From: Octopus sinensis
Lineage: Eukaryota
Reading direction: 5' to 3'
Length of the DNA: 64,000 bases
NCBI RefSeq assembly: GCF_006345805.1
Contig: NC_043006.1
Location: forward strand, 73,780,001-73,844,000
The notes beneath the pieces are model-generated. The model saw nothing but the letters and a program-made list of their open reading frames with translations. It made no database searches and was not told the DNA's origin. Shown piece by piece: positions 37,415 through 51,922 of this stretch. Every line of letters starts with the position of its first letter. Position 1 is the first letter of the stretch. The position numbers and the translations under genes are program-made.

Positions 37415-40199
37415 TATCTATCTGTCTGTCTGTCTGTCTGTCTGTCTATATAATCAAAATAAGACGACAAAGAAAAAGGATTATATGGTTAATGTCTAAC
37501 TGCTGATTAAATAACTGATAAACTCTCTTCGTCTTATTGGCATTATATTTTACTCTTCACTAAACATTGATTTTACGGATGTTAGACCCGGATTTTGCTA
37601 CATCTGAATGATTTCTATCGTAATTAACACTTCATACAATTCAAGAGCGTAGATAGCCTCCCGCTCGGGTTCAGTGAGTATTGCTTTGGATAAACCCCAT
37701 CTTTCTACCCTTCTAGAATCTTAATATATATCGGTTTGTTCGGAAAGTTCGTGCCGATTTATAGTAGCTTACCTTACGACTTATTTTAGAACATGGTTGA
37801 GTCCAGAAAATAAGATTTGACTACATCTCCATTTAGAGGACAGTTTAAGATATCTTTCTGTGGAAGAAAGTTTATGTTCCTATAACCTGTGCTAATTTTG
37901 TAACCCTTTAAAATGGAAGATAAGAAAGTTCCTTTTCGGCACTTGATGCTTTGGGAACCAGACAAAAATTGCTGCAACTCGGCTGGGATGTGTTACCTCA
38001 CCCTACATATTCACCAGATATTGCTCCTTCAAATTTCCACTTATTCAGGTCTCTGAAAGATGGAGTCGCATTGTGCAACAAAATGGTTCATATTTGGTTA
38101 ATTAAAAATGTAAGGGCAAGTATTTATTGACCTTTTTATTTCCTTTAAAAATCGACACGAACTTTCCGGACGTATGCATGCGTGTGTGTGTGTGTGTGTG
38201 TGGTGTGTGTGTGCGCGCGTCTGTACGTGCGTTCGTGCGTGTGTGAGAGTATATGTGTGTGTGTATGTGTGATAGATGTACATGTATAAGATTGCAGGTG
38301 ATCATATTCCGAAGGCGAGTATTGTTATATAGATAGCATTTAAAACTTATGTCCCCTTTATATTGGACGATACTCAGATCCTGCCACGTTCCATTTACTG
38401 AACTTAAAGGAAAAAATTGATCTCAATGAATGTCTAATTGACTTTCTTAAAGCGAACGAATTCATGGATGCGTACTTAAGAGATTGACTTAGCGACCATG
38501 TCGTACTGCGTTCGATCACTCGGTGCGCCACGCTGGATTGGTGTTTTGTATCAAATACCATCGATTGCACCAATATTTCGTGGATTGAAACTGTTAGAAA
38601 ATGCGCTGAAGTCATTCATGTACGTGTATGAATGGTGTGTGTGTGTATATATGCGTGTGTGTGTGTGTCTGTGTGTGTATGTGTGTACATATATATGTGT
38701 GTATGTATGAGTGTCTGTGTACATGTGTACATATACACATATATACAGGCACATGCATACACGCACGAAAATACATGCATTTGTGTGTAAATACTTACTG
38801 TTATTGGTCAACGGCGAAGGATGTGTGTGTGTGTGTGTGTGTAAAAAAAGTAGATGTATTTCTTTGTCATTGATAAAAATAACCCCATAACCACAGTCGC
38901 TATTGTCCACAAGTTGCGAAATAAAATTTAGAAACTAAATAACTAAAACCACTTGGCAGCCACGGAACTTCCTAAATATAGGAATGTCTGTGAAAAGTTT
39001 AGTCTTAATTACTTTGCTAAATTTATAGTTTTCGAAGAAGTTAGTGCTAATTAATTGATTTGTTAAATTTAGATTTCGCCTTTCTTACACAGATGTTTAA
39101 ATAAGCGTGTGTTGTACTGACAGAAAGAACGTTGATATGGAAGAGCATTACTTTCAACGGCTCTATAAATCGTAAATAAAATAAAGATTTTCACTACTTT
39201 CCACTAAATAAACTCTGATACTGAAATGCAACAGAATGAAAAGTAGACAGGAATAAAATATATGTGTGACTAAATTGTGATTTATTTTAACTACAGGAAG
39301 CACGAGGTATTCAGTAACTGTTATATATCAGTTTCATTCCAGACATTAGCCAACCTAGTGTATTAAGTCTTGTGTCATGAGTCACAAATATCATTTTAGT
39401 TAGTGTGGGACCAAGACACTTAATTATTATATGGACCGGTATAACCAACTACGTAATTAATCGTTACTTGTTAACCCATAATTCACTACGATTGCACTGA
39501 ATATATCGAAGGCAATTCAGATGTATATTATGGGTAAACCATCATTTATGTTATGTGTAAACCTTATGTACAATGGAATTCATTTGCCAATATTTCCTTT
39601 CTTTTAGAAGATGGTGAGATTTGATTGACAAAGCAGCTGTTGCGACCAGATTGAAGTTACCTCGTTTGCTCATCTAAATTAGACAGCGTCAATAGGAAAA
39701 CTCTTAACACTTAAATTTGGCACTTCTCTATTATATCTTAAAGCTTATATATCTTAAAGCTTATAACTTCGTTCTAATATTGGTATAAGGCCAGCAATTT
39801 TAGGAGGAGGAGGAGGAAGTCGATCACTTTGAGTCCAGCGGTCAACTGGTGCTTATGTTAATGTTATCGACCTCGAAGCATGAAATGCAAACGCGGGCTC
39901 GGTTGAATTTGAATTCAGAATGTAAGAAGCCGGAAGAGTGCCATTAAGCAGTTATCCGACGGGCTAACAATACTGCCGTTCCTCCACCTTAGAAGTTGAT
40001 CCCAGTGGAATTTGAACTTAGTATGAAAAGAAATTTAACTAAATACTAGTTTGTGCACCATTTTGCCGATTGAGCCAGTTCATTGCCATCCTTCGGCGTG
40101 TAATATCAAATTCAAATCGTACTCATGTTTAGTAAGCTTGGATTGCACGTAACAAGTCTTCATTGCAACATATCTTCATCTTAATTCCTCCAACTCCCT

Positions 40200-40780
40200 G
40201 TGAGATAACGAGTAGTAAGAGGTTTCCATCTAGCATGAGGACAAGCCCTCCCATAAGCTTGCACTCAGGTGAGGACTATATTCGTCAAAGTCTCCGTCCT
40301 CCTCAACCAAGTCTTGACAGTTCTGCCACATTTTCAACGTGCTTTCTCTCATATCTATGCGAGAGAGTTTATCACTGGTTGTTTGCTGGGCCCACATCTC
40401 CCACCGGCTCACGGTGATGATATTCCGTTGATAATTTAGTTCAGCCTTTTCGATTACTTCATCATTCTTGACAAAATCTCACTAAAGAATGTTTCGTAGC
40501 GCCGTACTAGAAATCCTTCGTGTCTGTTGAAGACACATACTGCTCTATAGGTTCTGCTGGCCTTTTTCTTTTTCTCATAAACCTCCTTTGGCATGATAAA
40601 GGTTGTATACCGGCGGCATTTAGTCCCATAGCTGGACAATACAGGATTAGGAGCTGAATGACATTTGCAGCTTTGTTGAGTCTCTTCTCCACATCTCTTT
40701 CGGATTTTACTGTCCTGCTACGTGAACGAATTCTGCAGTTATGTGTAATCAGACAATCTAACAAAATACAGCCCCTCAAA
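40200..40780 (-). mobile_element. Highly decayed LINE (RTE-like) RT C-terminal fragment
   Basis: Minus strand LDCLITHNCRI...DVEKRLNKAANV and STLKMWQNCQDLVEED; many frameshifts. Confidence 0.5.
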
Positions 40781-41220
40781 CTGCTTTACGGAAATGATCA
40801 ATAAAAAAAAAGTAGCCAAGAGGTATTTAATCACAGCAAGTTATTACAGCCTTTTAATTGTTTTTGTATAATTGACATCTTACTTTTCAATGTAAAGGCG
40901 TAATGGTTCTCCTCAAATAGAAAGTTATAGGCTGTAACTTTTCTTTTAAATTTCTTCGTTTTAGCTCCCAGATTAAAGCAAATTCGGTGAAGTGGGTAAG
41001 TCGATTACATCAACCCCAGTGCTCAGCTGATATTTATTTTATCGACTCCAGAAGGATGAAAGGCAAAGTCGACCCCGGCAGTATTTGAACGTAAAGACGG
41101 GTGCATTTGGGCAGCATTGTGACAATATTGCCAGCTTGCAGTTTTAAGCAGCTTAATAATCATTGGATATAGTTCCTGATTAAACAAGTAATCATGTAAA
41201 TTGCCACAGTATAATATGAA

Positions 41221-41619
41221 TGGCTGTGTGGTACGTAGCTTGATAACCAACCGCATAGTTCCGGGTTTAGTCCCACTGTGTGGCACATTGAGCAAGTGAC
41301 TTCTACTACAACCTTGGACCAACTAAAGACTTGTGAATGGATCCGGCCGACGGAAAGTGTAGAAGTATGTTGTATGTTGTGCATATATATATATATATAT
41401 ATACACAATGTATATATTCGTGTGTCTGTGTTTGTCCTTCCAACCATCCCATCAACGCTTGTCAACCGATGTTGATGTGTTTATGTCCCGTAAAATAGCA
41501 GTTCGGCAAAAGAGACCGATAGAATAAGTACTAGGCTTACAAGTCCTGGGGTCGATTTGTTCGACTAAAGGCGGTGCTCCAGCATGGCTGCAGACAAATG
41601 ACTGAAACAAGTAAAAGAA
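41221..41619 (+). mobile_element. SINE family A, near full length
   Basis: TGGCTGTGTGGTACG head to GACTGAAACAAGTAAAAGA tail. Confidence 0.9.
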
Positions 41620-41640
41620 TACATACATACATAATATATA

Positions 41641-41680
<40 letters not shown>

Positions 41681-42194
41681 CTAATGTAGGATAAAAATTT
41701 TTTCTAAAAATTTTTATCAATGGCCAGCATTCAAAAAAATACCTTTAAAGGTTAAATTTATAAATAATTTACAAAATAAGGGCAAAAGAAAAATTCTAAT
41801 GCCAAATATGCCGAAAAAAAGGGACCAATACGGTAATAACGGATATTTTAGAAATTTCTATCGGTTTGTTTCGAGACTCATAAATTATATGTTATTGACA
41901 ATTTTGTCTTTTTTTATAATTTTTTAAAATTATTATATATATATATATATAATTAATTAATAAGGGTGAGAGAATTAGATACTAATTTAATAGTATATCT
42001 ATTCAACACCAAGTGGCCTAGTGCTCCGAGAAACCTGGATTATTATAATATTTTATAATATATTACAATATTTTTACAAAATAAATATAAGAGAGTGGTC
42101 ACTATATGGCTCACTCTAGCACCAGTTAATCCTAAAGGTTTCAACCACAAAAATACATGTTTCCCATGAAAGTCAGTACGATTATATATATATA

Positions 42195-43172
42195 TTAAGG
42201 TATGTAGAAAAATACAACATGGACAAGAACGTATAACTCTTAGAAGACGATACAATAAACACGGACAGGACATTCGAAACCCTCAGTCTTCAGTCAAGAA
42301 CCGGATCATCGTAGTAATTTCGGCTGATTAATCTTGAGATTACTAGATCACGGCCAGCCCTCCAAGAAAAACTAAGCAACGAGCATTAGAAAAACTAAGC
42401 TAGGAGCGTAGATTTCCTGGAAGAAGGATCGAATGCATACGGACACCAGGACAGCAAAAGGACGAATATAAAAAAACAAAAAAATAATGGAATACAGAAA
42501 CATGAAATACAGAAGCATTAAACGGTGTGAAAACAACAATTGTCTTACGACTGATAACAAGCAAACAAATTTTTCTCTGGCGCAAGGAAAGGAGCCTTAT
42601 CGGCGATGCCTATAGCGGCGGACGAAAAACAACGATGTTAACACGACGCTGGTCAGAAGCTGAAAGGCAGATTTCGGCAGCAGTCACGTGACAGAGAAGA
42701 GAGAAAAGAAAAGAAAGAGAAGCAACGGAAGAGAGAGAGAGAGAGGAGGAGAGAGAGAGAGGAGGGACAAACGCGACAAGAGCGAGAAGAGAGAGAAAGA
42801 GGGAATCAGAGAGGAGAAGGGATGGGTGTCGAAGAGCGACCTGTGAGTGCAGGCGAGACAAAGAAATAGGAGGGTAGTGGAAGATTAGACCAAAGAATCA
42901 GAGGAAAGAGAAGAGAAAAAGAGGATGAGTAGAGAGAGAAGGGGACAGATCAAGTAAAAGTGAGAGAGAGAGAGAGACAAACAAAGAGTCGTACCAGTTA
43001 TTAAGAATATGTGCTCACATTAATGTTAAGAGGGTACGTGGCGCCTGGAATATATGTTAAGGTATGTAGAAAAATACAACATGGACAAGAACGTATAACT
43101 CTTAGAAGACGATACAATAAACACGGACAGGACATTCGAAACCCTCAGTCTTCAGTCAAGAACCGGATCATC
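42195..43172. repeat. Element with identical 116-bp direct terminal repeats (42195-42310, 43057-43172); 862-bp unit
   Basis: TTAAGGTATGTAGAAAAATAC...CAAGAACCGGATCATC identical in both copies; AG-rich non-coding interior. Confidence 0.92.
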
Positions 43173-43219
43173 AAAAACAAGTCAAAATAGAAAATGCTAA
43201 AATAATTTTATAAAGAACA

Positions 43220-43263
43220 TTTCAGTACCGGTTTCGGTCATTTTGAGACCTTTTCAACTGTAA
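43220..43263 (-). ncRNA. Minimal type-I hammerhead ribozyme candidate, U3-A8 core (left arm)
   Basis: Reverse complement of 43471-43514. Confidence 0.65.
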
Positions 43264-43470
43264 CGATTAAATAATTAAATTTAGAAAAATTAAAAGAAAA
43301 GTTTTTTAAAGGAATATTTGTATAGTGGCCTCGAAAACAACGGCCTCGAACACACAAGTGCAAACAAGGGAGACAGAGAAAGGCAGAATGACACTTATAT
43401 TTGAACACTATACAAATATTCCTTTAAAAAAACTTTTCTTTTAATTTTTCTAAATTTAATTATTTAATCG

Positions 43471-43514
43471 TTACAGTTGAAAAGGTCTCAAAATGACCGA
43501 AACCGGTACTGAAA
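43471..43514 (+). ncRNA. Minimal type-I hammerhead ribozyme candidate, U3-A8 core (right arm)
   Basis: UUACAG-UUGAAAA-GGUC-UCAAAAU-GACC-GAAA-CCGGU-A/CUGAAA: stem I 5 of 6 pairs, stem II 4 bp, palindromic ACCGGU stem III, GUA cleavage triplet. Confidence 0.65.
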
Positions 43515-43600
43515 TGTTCTTTATAAAATTATTTTAGCATTTTCTATTTTGACTTGTTTTTTCATATATATCAAACTCGTGTGTTCCTTTTCACCCTTAC

Positions 43601-43632
<32 letters not shown>

Positions 43633-43698
43633 AGATAGGGGTTGAAAATTCAACCCACCATGGATAACATATATCCAATATACTGCTAGAGTAGATAC

Positions 43699-43735
<37 letters not shown>

Positions 43736-44385
43736 GAATGTAAGCATATATTTTACATTTTAAAAAATACAATGAAAAATTACATTATATTACGTTCCGT
43801 ATTGTTCAGCTCGTACTTACTCCTGAGTGAATCAACGTGTCCCGACTAACTAAAGACTGCAGGCATATTTTAAAAGCTATTTATCCTAAATCTACTGCAT
43901 TTCTGGGAATTTTGTACATCAATAAACCCAAGGAAAATCTCGCACGATTGCTGTTAAGTTATAATTTCTCTAATTTCTTTGTTTCTCTCACGTTCATTTC
44001 GTTAATGTCACTAAAAGCGGTAGATAAGCTCACTGTTGTTTCTACTAACTTCAATATGCTATTTAATATACGTAAATTGTATATTTATTCACAAGGACTA
44101 TAAAGAAAATTGCGCAGAAATATATTGCAGTTTGCCGGTTTCGGAAATTCGTTTATCAGATTATCAACATAAGTAAAATCAAATAATTTCTATAGGAAAT
44201 CAAATTTATAAATCAAAGACGTAGTTAGAGCGATGCTTGCTTTGGTAAGAAAAACTAAGTTACTGTTCCTTTGGAGAAACTGGCATCAAATTAGGAGAGC
44301 AGGTGCATTTTGAGAAATATCGTTTGTTTTATTTCTGTAAATATACCCTTTCACAAACGTATGCGTATACACATACACACATATA

Positions 44386-44420
<35 letters not shown>

Positions 44421-45205
44421 GTCTGTCTATCTGTCTGTCTCTCTGTCTGTCTCTCTGTCTCTCTCTCTCTATATATATAAATATATATAACACACGCATA
44501 CATATATATTTATATATACAGTAAATATTCGTATTTATACACATTTACACGTATATATATGTGTATATATGTAAATACTTATGAGTGCGATGCGTGTCTT
44601 TGATTGTGTTTGTATGTGTGTATTTATGTATTCGTTTGCGTGTTTGTATGTGCATGTGTGTGCACGTGAGTATGTGCGTGCGTATATGTATGTATGTGTG
44701 TATGTATGTTTGTGTGCGCGCATACGCATGTGTGTGTGTGTGTGCAAATAAAAGAAGAAATAGAACAGAATCTCTTAGAGTTCCAAGATGTCTACCTGCT
44801 CATTTATCAACAACTACCTGACAAACAAAATGACTCCCGAAATCAATTCTGTGGAATATTATCAATCACAAACAATTACGTCGAAAAATGCACCGATAAT
44901 ATTAATTAAATCTTTTTCTTTGTCATAACATAACTTCAATGATGTCTTAAAGCAATCTTCATTTTATTATTAATTCATTCATATAAATAGGAATTATACG
45001 TACACAGACAGGAGATTTCAAATATCACGTATGCGTACATACATATTAAGATATGTAAATATGGCATATACCGCTCGCGCTCTTTCTCATACGTTCAGAT
45101 GTACACACTCGCACCATACATGTAGATACAGACAGATATATCAATATATGTATATATCTATATGTGCATGCGTGTCGGTGTATGTGAGCATATGTGCATT
45201 CTTTT

Positions 45206-45246
<41 letters not shown>

Positions 45247-45283
45247 TGTATATATGTAAATATGTATTTATGTAAATATATAC

Positions 45284-45316
<33 letters not shown>

Positions 45317-45639
45317 ATATATATTACGGAGATGTACTCGCATGGCAGTAATTTGATCTGATATCGTGTGCTGAAACGAAAACAATTGCAGCGTGGAAGG
45401 TGTTTGTAAGCCATTTAAGAAACACACAAAAGCCGTTCGATCCACTTCAACATTTAAGTTTAATTTGTCAAAATATTTTCGTCGCTAAAATCCGCGACCT
45501 GTTCACTGACAAAAATCCGTGCTGCACACATATATATATATATATATATGTGTCTGTGTGTATTTATGTATAAAGTCATACTCATATACTCATCTACACC
45601 GATGTATATATGTATGTATATGCTTATATATATATATAT

Positions 45640-45757
45640 ATTATATATATATATATATAGATATATATATGTATATCTATCTATCTATATATTATCTATA
45701 TATATATATATAATATAATAGATATATATATATATGTATATCTATCGATCTATCTAT

Positions 45758-45793
<36 letters not shown>

Positions 45794-46192
45794 ATATATA
45801 TATAGATATATATCTATATATATAGATATAATGTATTATATATAATAGTATATATATATAATATATGTATATATAGATATATATATGTATGTATATATAT
45901 ATATATTATGTATGTATATATTATATATATATGTTATCTAGATATATATAGTATATATATATATATATGGATATATATATATGTAATATATATATATATG
46001 TATATATATATATGTATATATAGATGTATATATATCTTATATATATGGATATATATATATTATATATGTATATATATATGTATATATATATATATATATA
46101 TGTATAGAATATATTATGTATATATATATATATGTATATATAGATATATATGTATATATATATATATTATATATGTATAATATATATATATG

Positions 46193-46227
<35 letters not shown>

Positions 46228-46253
46228 GTATATATAGTATATATATATATGTA

Positions 46254-46291
<38 letters not shown>

Positions 46292-46530
46292 TGTATATAA
46301 TATATATATATATAATATGTATAATATATATATATATGTATATATAGATATATATAGTATATATATTATATATGTATCTATATATATATATATGTAATAT
46401 ATATCTAATATGTTATATATATATATGGATTATATATATATATATATGTATATAGATATTATATATATATGTATATATATATATATATGTATATATATAA
46501 ACTATTTATATGTATATATATATATTATAG
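45640..46530. repeat. ~890-bp degenerate (TA)n array
   Basis: Directly visible. Confidence 0.96.
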
Positions 46531-47097
46531 ATTAATTACCAAAAATCTCGAAGCACATATTCCTCGTAAGACACAGGAATGAAGATTACATAAAGTTTAC
46601 AAGCAATGATTTAGATAACTTAATTTCAAAGCTTATCTATGACAAGATTTTTGCAACAACTTATAGCATATCTACATAAATTGAGTGATTACGCAGTGAC
46701 ATATCTACGGTTAGAATTACCATTAATGCAGGCAGCCAATGAAAATATTCACGGTCTAATGTAGAACTCGAAGAGAATGTCACGTAAACGTAATAGGAAT
46801 TTTAACATCGCCAAAAATAGTTTAAAACGACTAATACGTAATAATCAAATTGGCACTAGCAAACATTTCACATGATGCAAAATTCTTGAGAGATATAGTT
46901 GTCGAGTGAGGGCTTGGGCGTATGGTTAAGAAGTATTTCTTCGGAATCACGTGGTTTTCGGTGCGATTCCTTTTAATGGCATATGTCATGAACTATTGCA
47001 TCGGAATGATCAATATTATGTGACTGAAATATTTTATTCACAGAATATGGAAGGCCATAGTATACACACACACGCACACACACCACACATATATATG

Positions 47098-47142
<45 letters not shown>

Positions 47143-47194
47143 CACACACATATATTATACACGCACACACACACACACATATATGTACATATAC

Positions 47195-47960
47195 TTCAAA
47201 GTGCTTGACCACTGGAAGATAAAAGCGACTCGATTGAGAAAGGTGCCAAGCAAGAAGACTCTTAAAGTTCTTCAACGCATGCCTAGAAACGATTAGCCTG
47301 AATACTAACATTCATACAATTTGCAGATGATGTAATCATCGCCGAAACCCTGATCATCTATAGACTATGTTGCCAGACCTGGACATTGACACTTCATCAG
47401 TAGGCCTTTAAATGAACCACATGAGCACAAAATATCTGCGGTCCGAAGACGTAGCGAATAGTGATGGGAAGCGATGAGTGGGTAAAGGATTACGTCTACT
47501 TAGCGAACACAGTGAAAGTGCGCCTAGACATTGATGCTGAAATATCGAAGAGAATAAGGGCAAGATGGAAGGCGTTTACTTCTATAAAGATGTACTTAAA
47601 ACAAAGCTGAATAGGAACATATGTGAAACTTCTGCGCAAAGAAGGAAGAAAATCGATTTGCTACAAAGCAAAGGGTTTTGGAAAGATCCATATTAAGAGT
47701 ATCGTTTCAAGAATCATCTCATATTTGAAATGAGATAATTCTCATTTCATTCGAGATAATTCGAGAACGCAGAGGTGTGAACGATGTGGTCGTAGGATAT
47801 CTAAAGCAGAAGTTCCGCTGGTCCTGACATGGCCCATGTTTCATATCAGTAGATAATCACCTACATTTGCTAGTGGTATCTAAGAGATCAGAAAAGGCTA
47901 CTTGGAAGCGCCCCATTACGATGGGAAGATAATTCAGATAAGTGATTAGTGAAAAGATGA
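47195..47960 (+). mobile_element. Decayed RTE-clade LINE reverse-transcriptase fragment
   Basis: IEKGAKQED (cf. KGVRQGD), QFADDV (~47317), VKDYVYLANTVKVRLDIDAEISKRIRARWKAF, QKFRW, and an RWED-like end. Confidence 0.82.
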
Positions 47961-48076
47961 AACTGGATGGCGCAATCAAAAAAGACCAGCAATGTATAAC
48001 ATCTGAAAGTCTGGTCAATGCAGTAATCTGTCTGTCTGCCTATCTATCTGCCTGTCCGTCCATCTGACTGTCTGTC

Positions 48077-48147
<71 letters not shown>

Positions 48148-48272
48148 GGAATACACACACACACACACACACACATATATGTGTGTATATATATATATGC
48201 GATATATATATCTTTATAAATATACATTTACATATATACATTCATACATATACATACACATATATCTATATG

Positions 48273-48307
<35 letters not shown>

Positions 48308-48805
48308 CCTTTAATGGCTCCGTTTGGATGTGTTGAAGTAGCTAAATTTAAACTTAAATTAAGCATATTCAAATATCGCCATAGAAATATTGCTAAGATC
48401 GACTCAAAACGAAATGAGAAGTACAATACAAGTCAATAAGCCGCAATAAAACACTTTTAGCACACGCTAGATTTCTTTCATTTATTCATTGATAATTTAA
48501 AGTTATCCTTTTTGGTAATACTGAAATTTTCTTTACACTCGTATACACATACTCATACAAACATATTCCTAAATATTGTAGGACAAGTTAGAGAGGGTGT
48601 CCGAGAGACATCCACTCATAAACTTGTGTTTACTTTTTAGATAAGTTCTCTGTTTGAAAAATGGATTGAAATATGATCCTACTCTCGATAGAGGAGACCA
48701 TACTAAAAGTACCTAAGTCTAAATCTCGCCGCTGGTATATTTGTTATCGTTATTCCAGAACAGAGAAAATGAGCCACAAATCTAAAATAGGAAATTTTTG
48801 TAGGT

Positions 48806-49156
<351 letters not shown>

Positions 49157-49219
49157 TATCTATCTATCTATCTATCTACCTACCTACCTACCTACCTACC
49201 TACCTACATACCTACCTAC

Positions 49220-49274
<55 letters not shown>

Positions 49275-49296
49275 CTATCGGCATACACACACACAT

Positions 49297-49345
<49 letters not shown>

Positions 49346-49566
49346 TAATATATATATATATATAGTCAGCTTGAGAGATAACCAATGTCCAGAAGTTTAG
49401 TTGTAATATAAGAGGAGGCCTAAAACATTTTGATGGTTTTCTTTCTGGAAGAAAAGACCACCATATAAAAGGGGGTATCCCAAAGTAACCGGAAACGTTC
49501 TCTCTGGCATATATATAAATTTCAACTATACACATTCAATATATATATATATATATATAGATATAT

Positions 49567-49611
<45 letters not shown>

Positions 49612-49616
49612 TATAT

Positions 49617-49651
<35 letters not shown>

Positions 49652-49737
49652 ATGTAGTTCAAATTTACAGAAAACAAAAGACGAAGACAATATACAGGGA
49701 ACAATAAACAGGTTTTTCGCCCGCGAAAAATTGGAGT

Positions 49738-49773
49738 CTTTGACGTTTCGAACCTACGCTCTTCGGCAGAAAA
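49738..49773 (-). ncRNA. Minimal type-I hammerhead-like motif (A6C variant)
   Basis: Minus strand UUUU-CUGCCGA-A-GAGC-GUAG-GUUC-GAAA-CGUC-AAAG; same flanking family as 23528. Confidence 0.55.
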
Positions 49774-50911
49774 TAGATAGATATGTTAAATCATAGGTAG
49801 GTTCATATCATTTGCAGGCGCGATTAGAATTGGAAAATTGAAACATGCCATTAAATCCAACTCATATCCTTTTGATTGTCTATGTTCTGTTGGCCTTCGA
49901 ATAACAGAAAAACACAATCATCCCCGTGTGTGACTAGAAAACTGGAATAAGCGCAACAAGCCCGAGGAAGTAATTTTTCGAGGCACACGCGATTCTCCCA
50001 TTCATCGTTTTTGAATGTAGCGAGCACTTAGAATTCCCTAATCTGATAACGAACAACTAATATATATATGTAAGTACATTTAAAAAATAGAATATTGGGA
50101 AATTTATGATCTCCAGCCAGTAATAACTCATAACATATCTTAATACTTAAGAGTGTGGAGGATTATGAATGTATTTGAGGAAGTGTAATATCAAATGTTC
50201 AAAGATGAAAGAACATTTCGTAGAATATAAAACTGTATACCATAGTTATTTATTCCATAAGAAGTAGCTGAATGCAAGACAAAAACTTACAGAAGCAAGT
50301 TCTTTCTTTTTTCTCCGCTCTCGTTCTATATATTTATATACACACACACACACACCACACACACACACACACACACATACACACCACACACACACACACA
50401 TATATATATATAATATATATAAATAATAATTTAATTAATTAATTAATAAATAAAGTAATTATAAATCTAAAATATCATACATATATATATATATTTGTAT
50501 ATATATAAAATTTATAATTTAATTTATTTAAATATTTTTTATTTTTAACTTTTATATTTTAAAATTAATTTTATGTATTCGCTTATGTTTTTCACTGTTT
50601 GATTTGCCTAATAGTGGTTTTATCTCTAATTTAATATAATATATATATATATATATAAACAACTTATAAATAAAGGCAAAAGAAAAATTTCTAATGCCAA
50701 ATATGCCGAAACTAGACACATTGTCCATAAACATATAATTTATCACAATAAGCACGTTACTCGAAGAAAGCCGACATAAGGTTCACAATGATGTGAAACA
50801 GCCTGTAGGATGCTGCAGATGTCTAAGTAACAATGCATCTTAAACCGTAGATCTGACCCAGTGCTGCTTCTAGCTGCGGCGTAGTTATAAAAGGAACCCA
50901 AATGTGGTTCA

Positions 50912-50998
50912 CAATTTACATCAGTTGTTTCGGTAGCACTTTGTTCATGCCTTTGTAGGTTACACCATAACATAAAACCACCATCTTCAGGTTAATTG
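50912..50998 (-). ncRNA. Decayed hammerhead-like motif with long stem-II loop
   Basis: CAAUUAAC-CUGAAGA-U-GGUGG...CUACC-GAAA-CAACUGAU-GUAAAUUG; stem I 7 of 8 pairs, stem III/cleavage site mutated. Confidence 0.4.
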
Positions 50999-51922
50999 TA
51001 AACAGGTATAAACAGGTGTAGTGAAATCTTGATGATCACGAATCCAGTAGCATATTGGATAAATAGTATTTTCAAACATAAAATTCAAGTTTATAGAGAA
51101 ATAACAATTATAACGGGAATGCGTGAGGCAATGAGATAAAACGATTCGATTATTTCAAAGTTATCTTAATTAATTTATAGCTATGTATATATACATATAT
51201 AGCTATAACTTGCTAAGAAAAGTTCAAGAAGAGTAGAGAAGCTGTAGCCAAGATAAGTCCTAAAGGTCATTAAAACCAGGCAGATGCTTTGTCAGTTAAA
51301 TAAGATAAAAGGACGCAGACCTCAGGACAAGTTATAACTTTTCACGCTCGTATACACACACATACACACACACACACGCATACACATTTATGCATATATA
51401 TACATATTTACATATATAAATGTATGTATATCTATGCATGTTTAACTATATATATATATATATATATATAAAGATAATAGATGTATTATTAGAAATGCAT
51501 CATATATATGCATACATTCTCAAATATATGTTTATATAATATATATGCATGTGTGTGTTTGTATGGCTGTGTGTGTGTATGCATGTTTGTAGTTTGTGAA
51601 TACGTGTATGTTAATATGTGTATATGAATAAATCTAGAGTTCTCTTTTGTTAGTACTTTCATGCTGTATGTATAATATGCTATATACATATAAAGCATAC
51701 ACAAAACTCCTGCAAAGAAACACACACACACCTATATATACACACATGCATAGTGCATCAATGCACAATATAACCAGCAGCAAAGCAACAAAAGGTTTAA
51801 AATCTACTTCCTGCAAAAAGATAATATGCCCATTTTAGATCATCTTAACATTTCATCACTTCTAATCACGGTATTTTAAGGGAATATTTATTACATTCAT
51901 CAGTTATGATAGTAGAATCTAC

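Larger units (their letters stand above)
43173..43561. repeat. Inverted repeat, ~155-bp arms (43173-43327, 43406-43561), 78-bp spacer
   Basis: Arms are reverse complements apart from one T in a homopolymer. Confidence 0.96.

Noticed and set aside
42265-42310. CUGAAGA...GAAUGUC in the 116-bp direct repeat as a hammerhead
   Set aside because: GAAU instead of GAAA, no stem II or stem I pairing.
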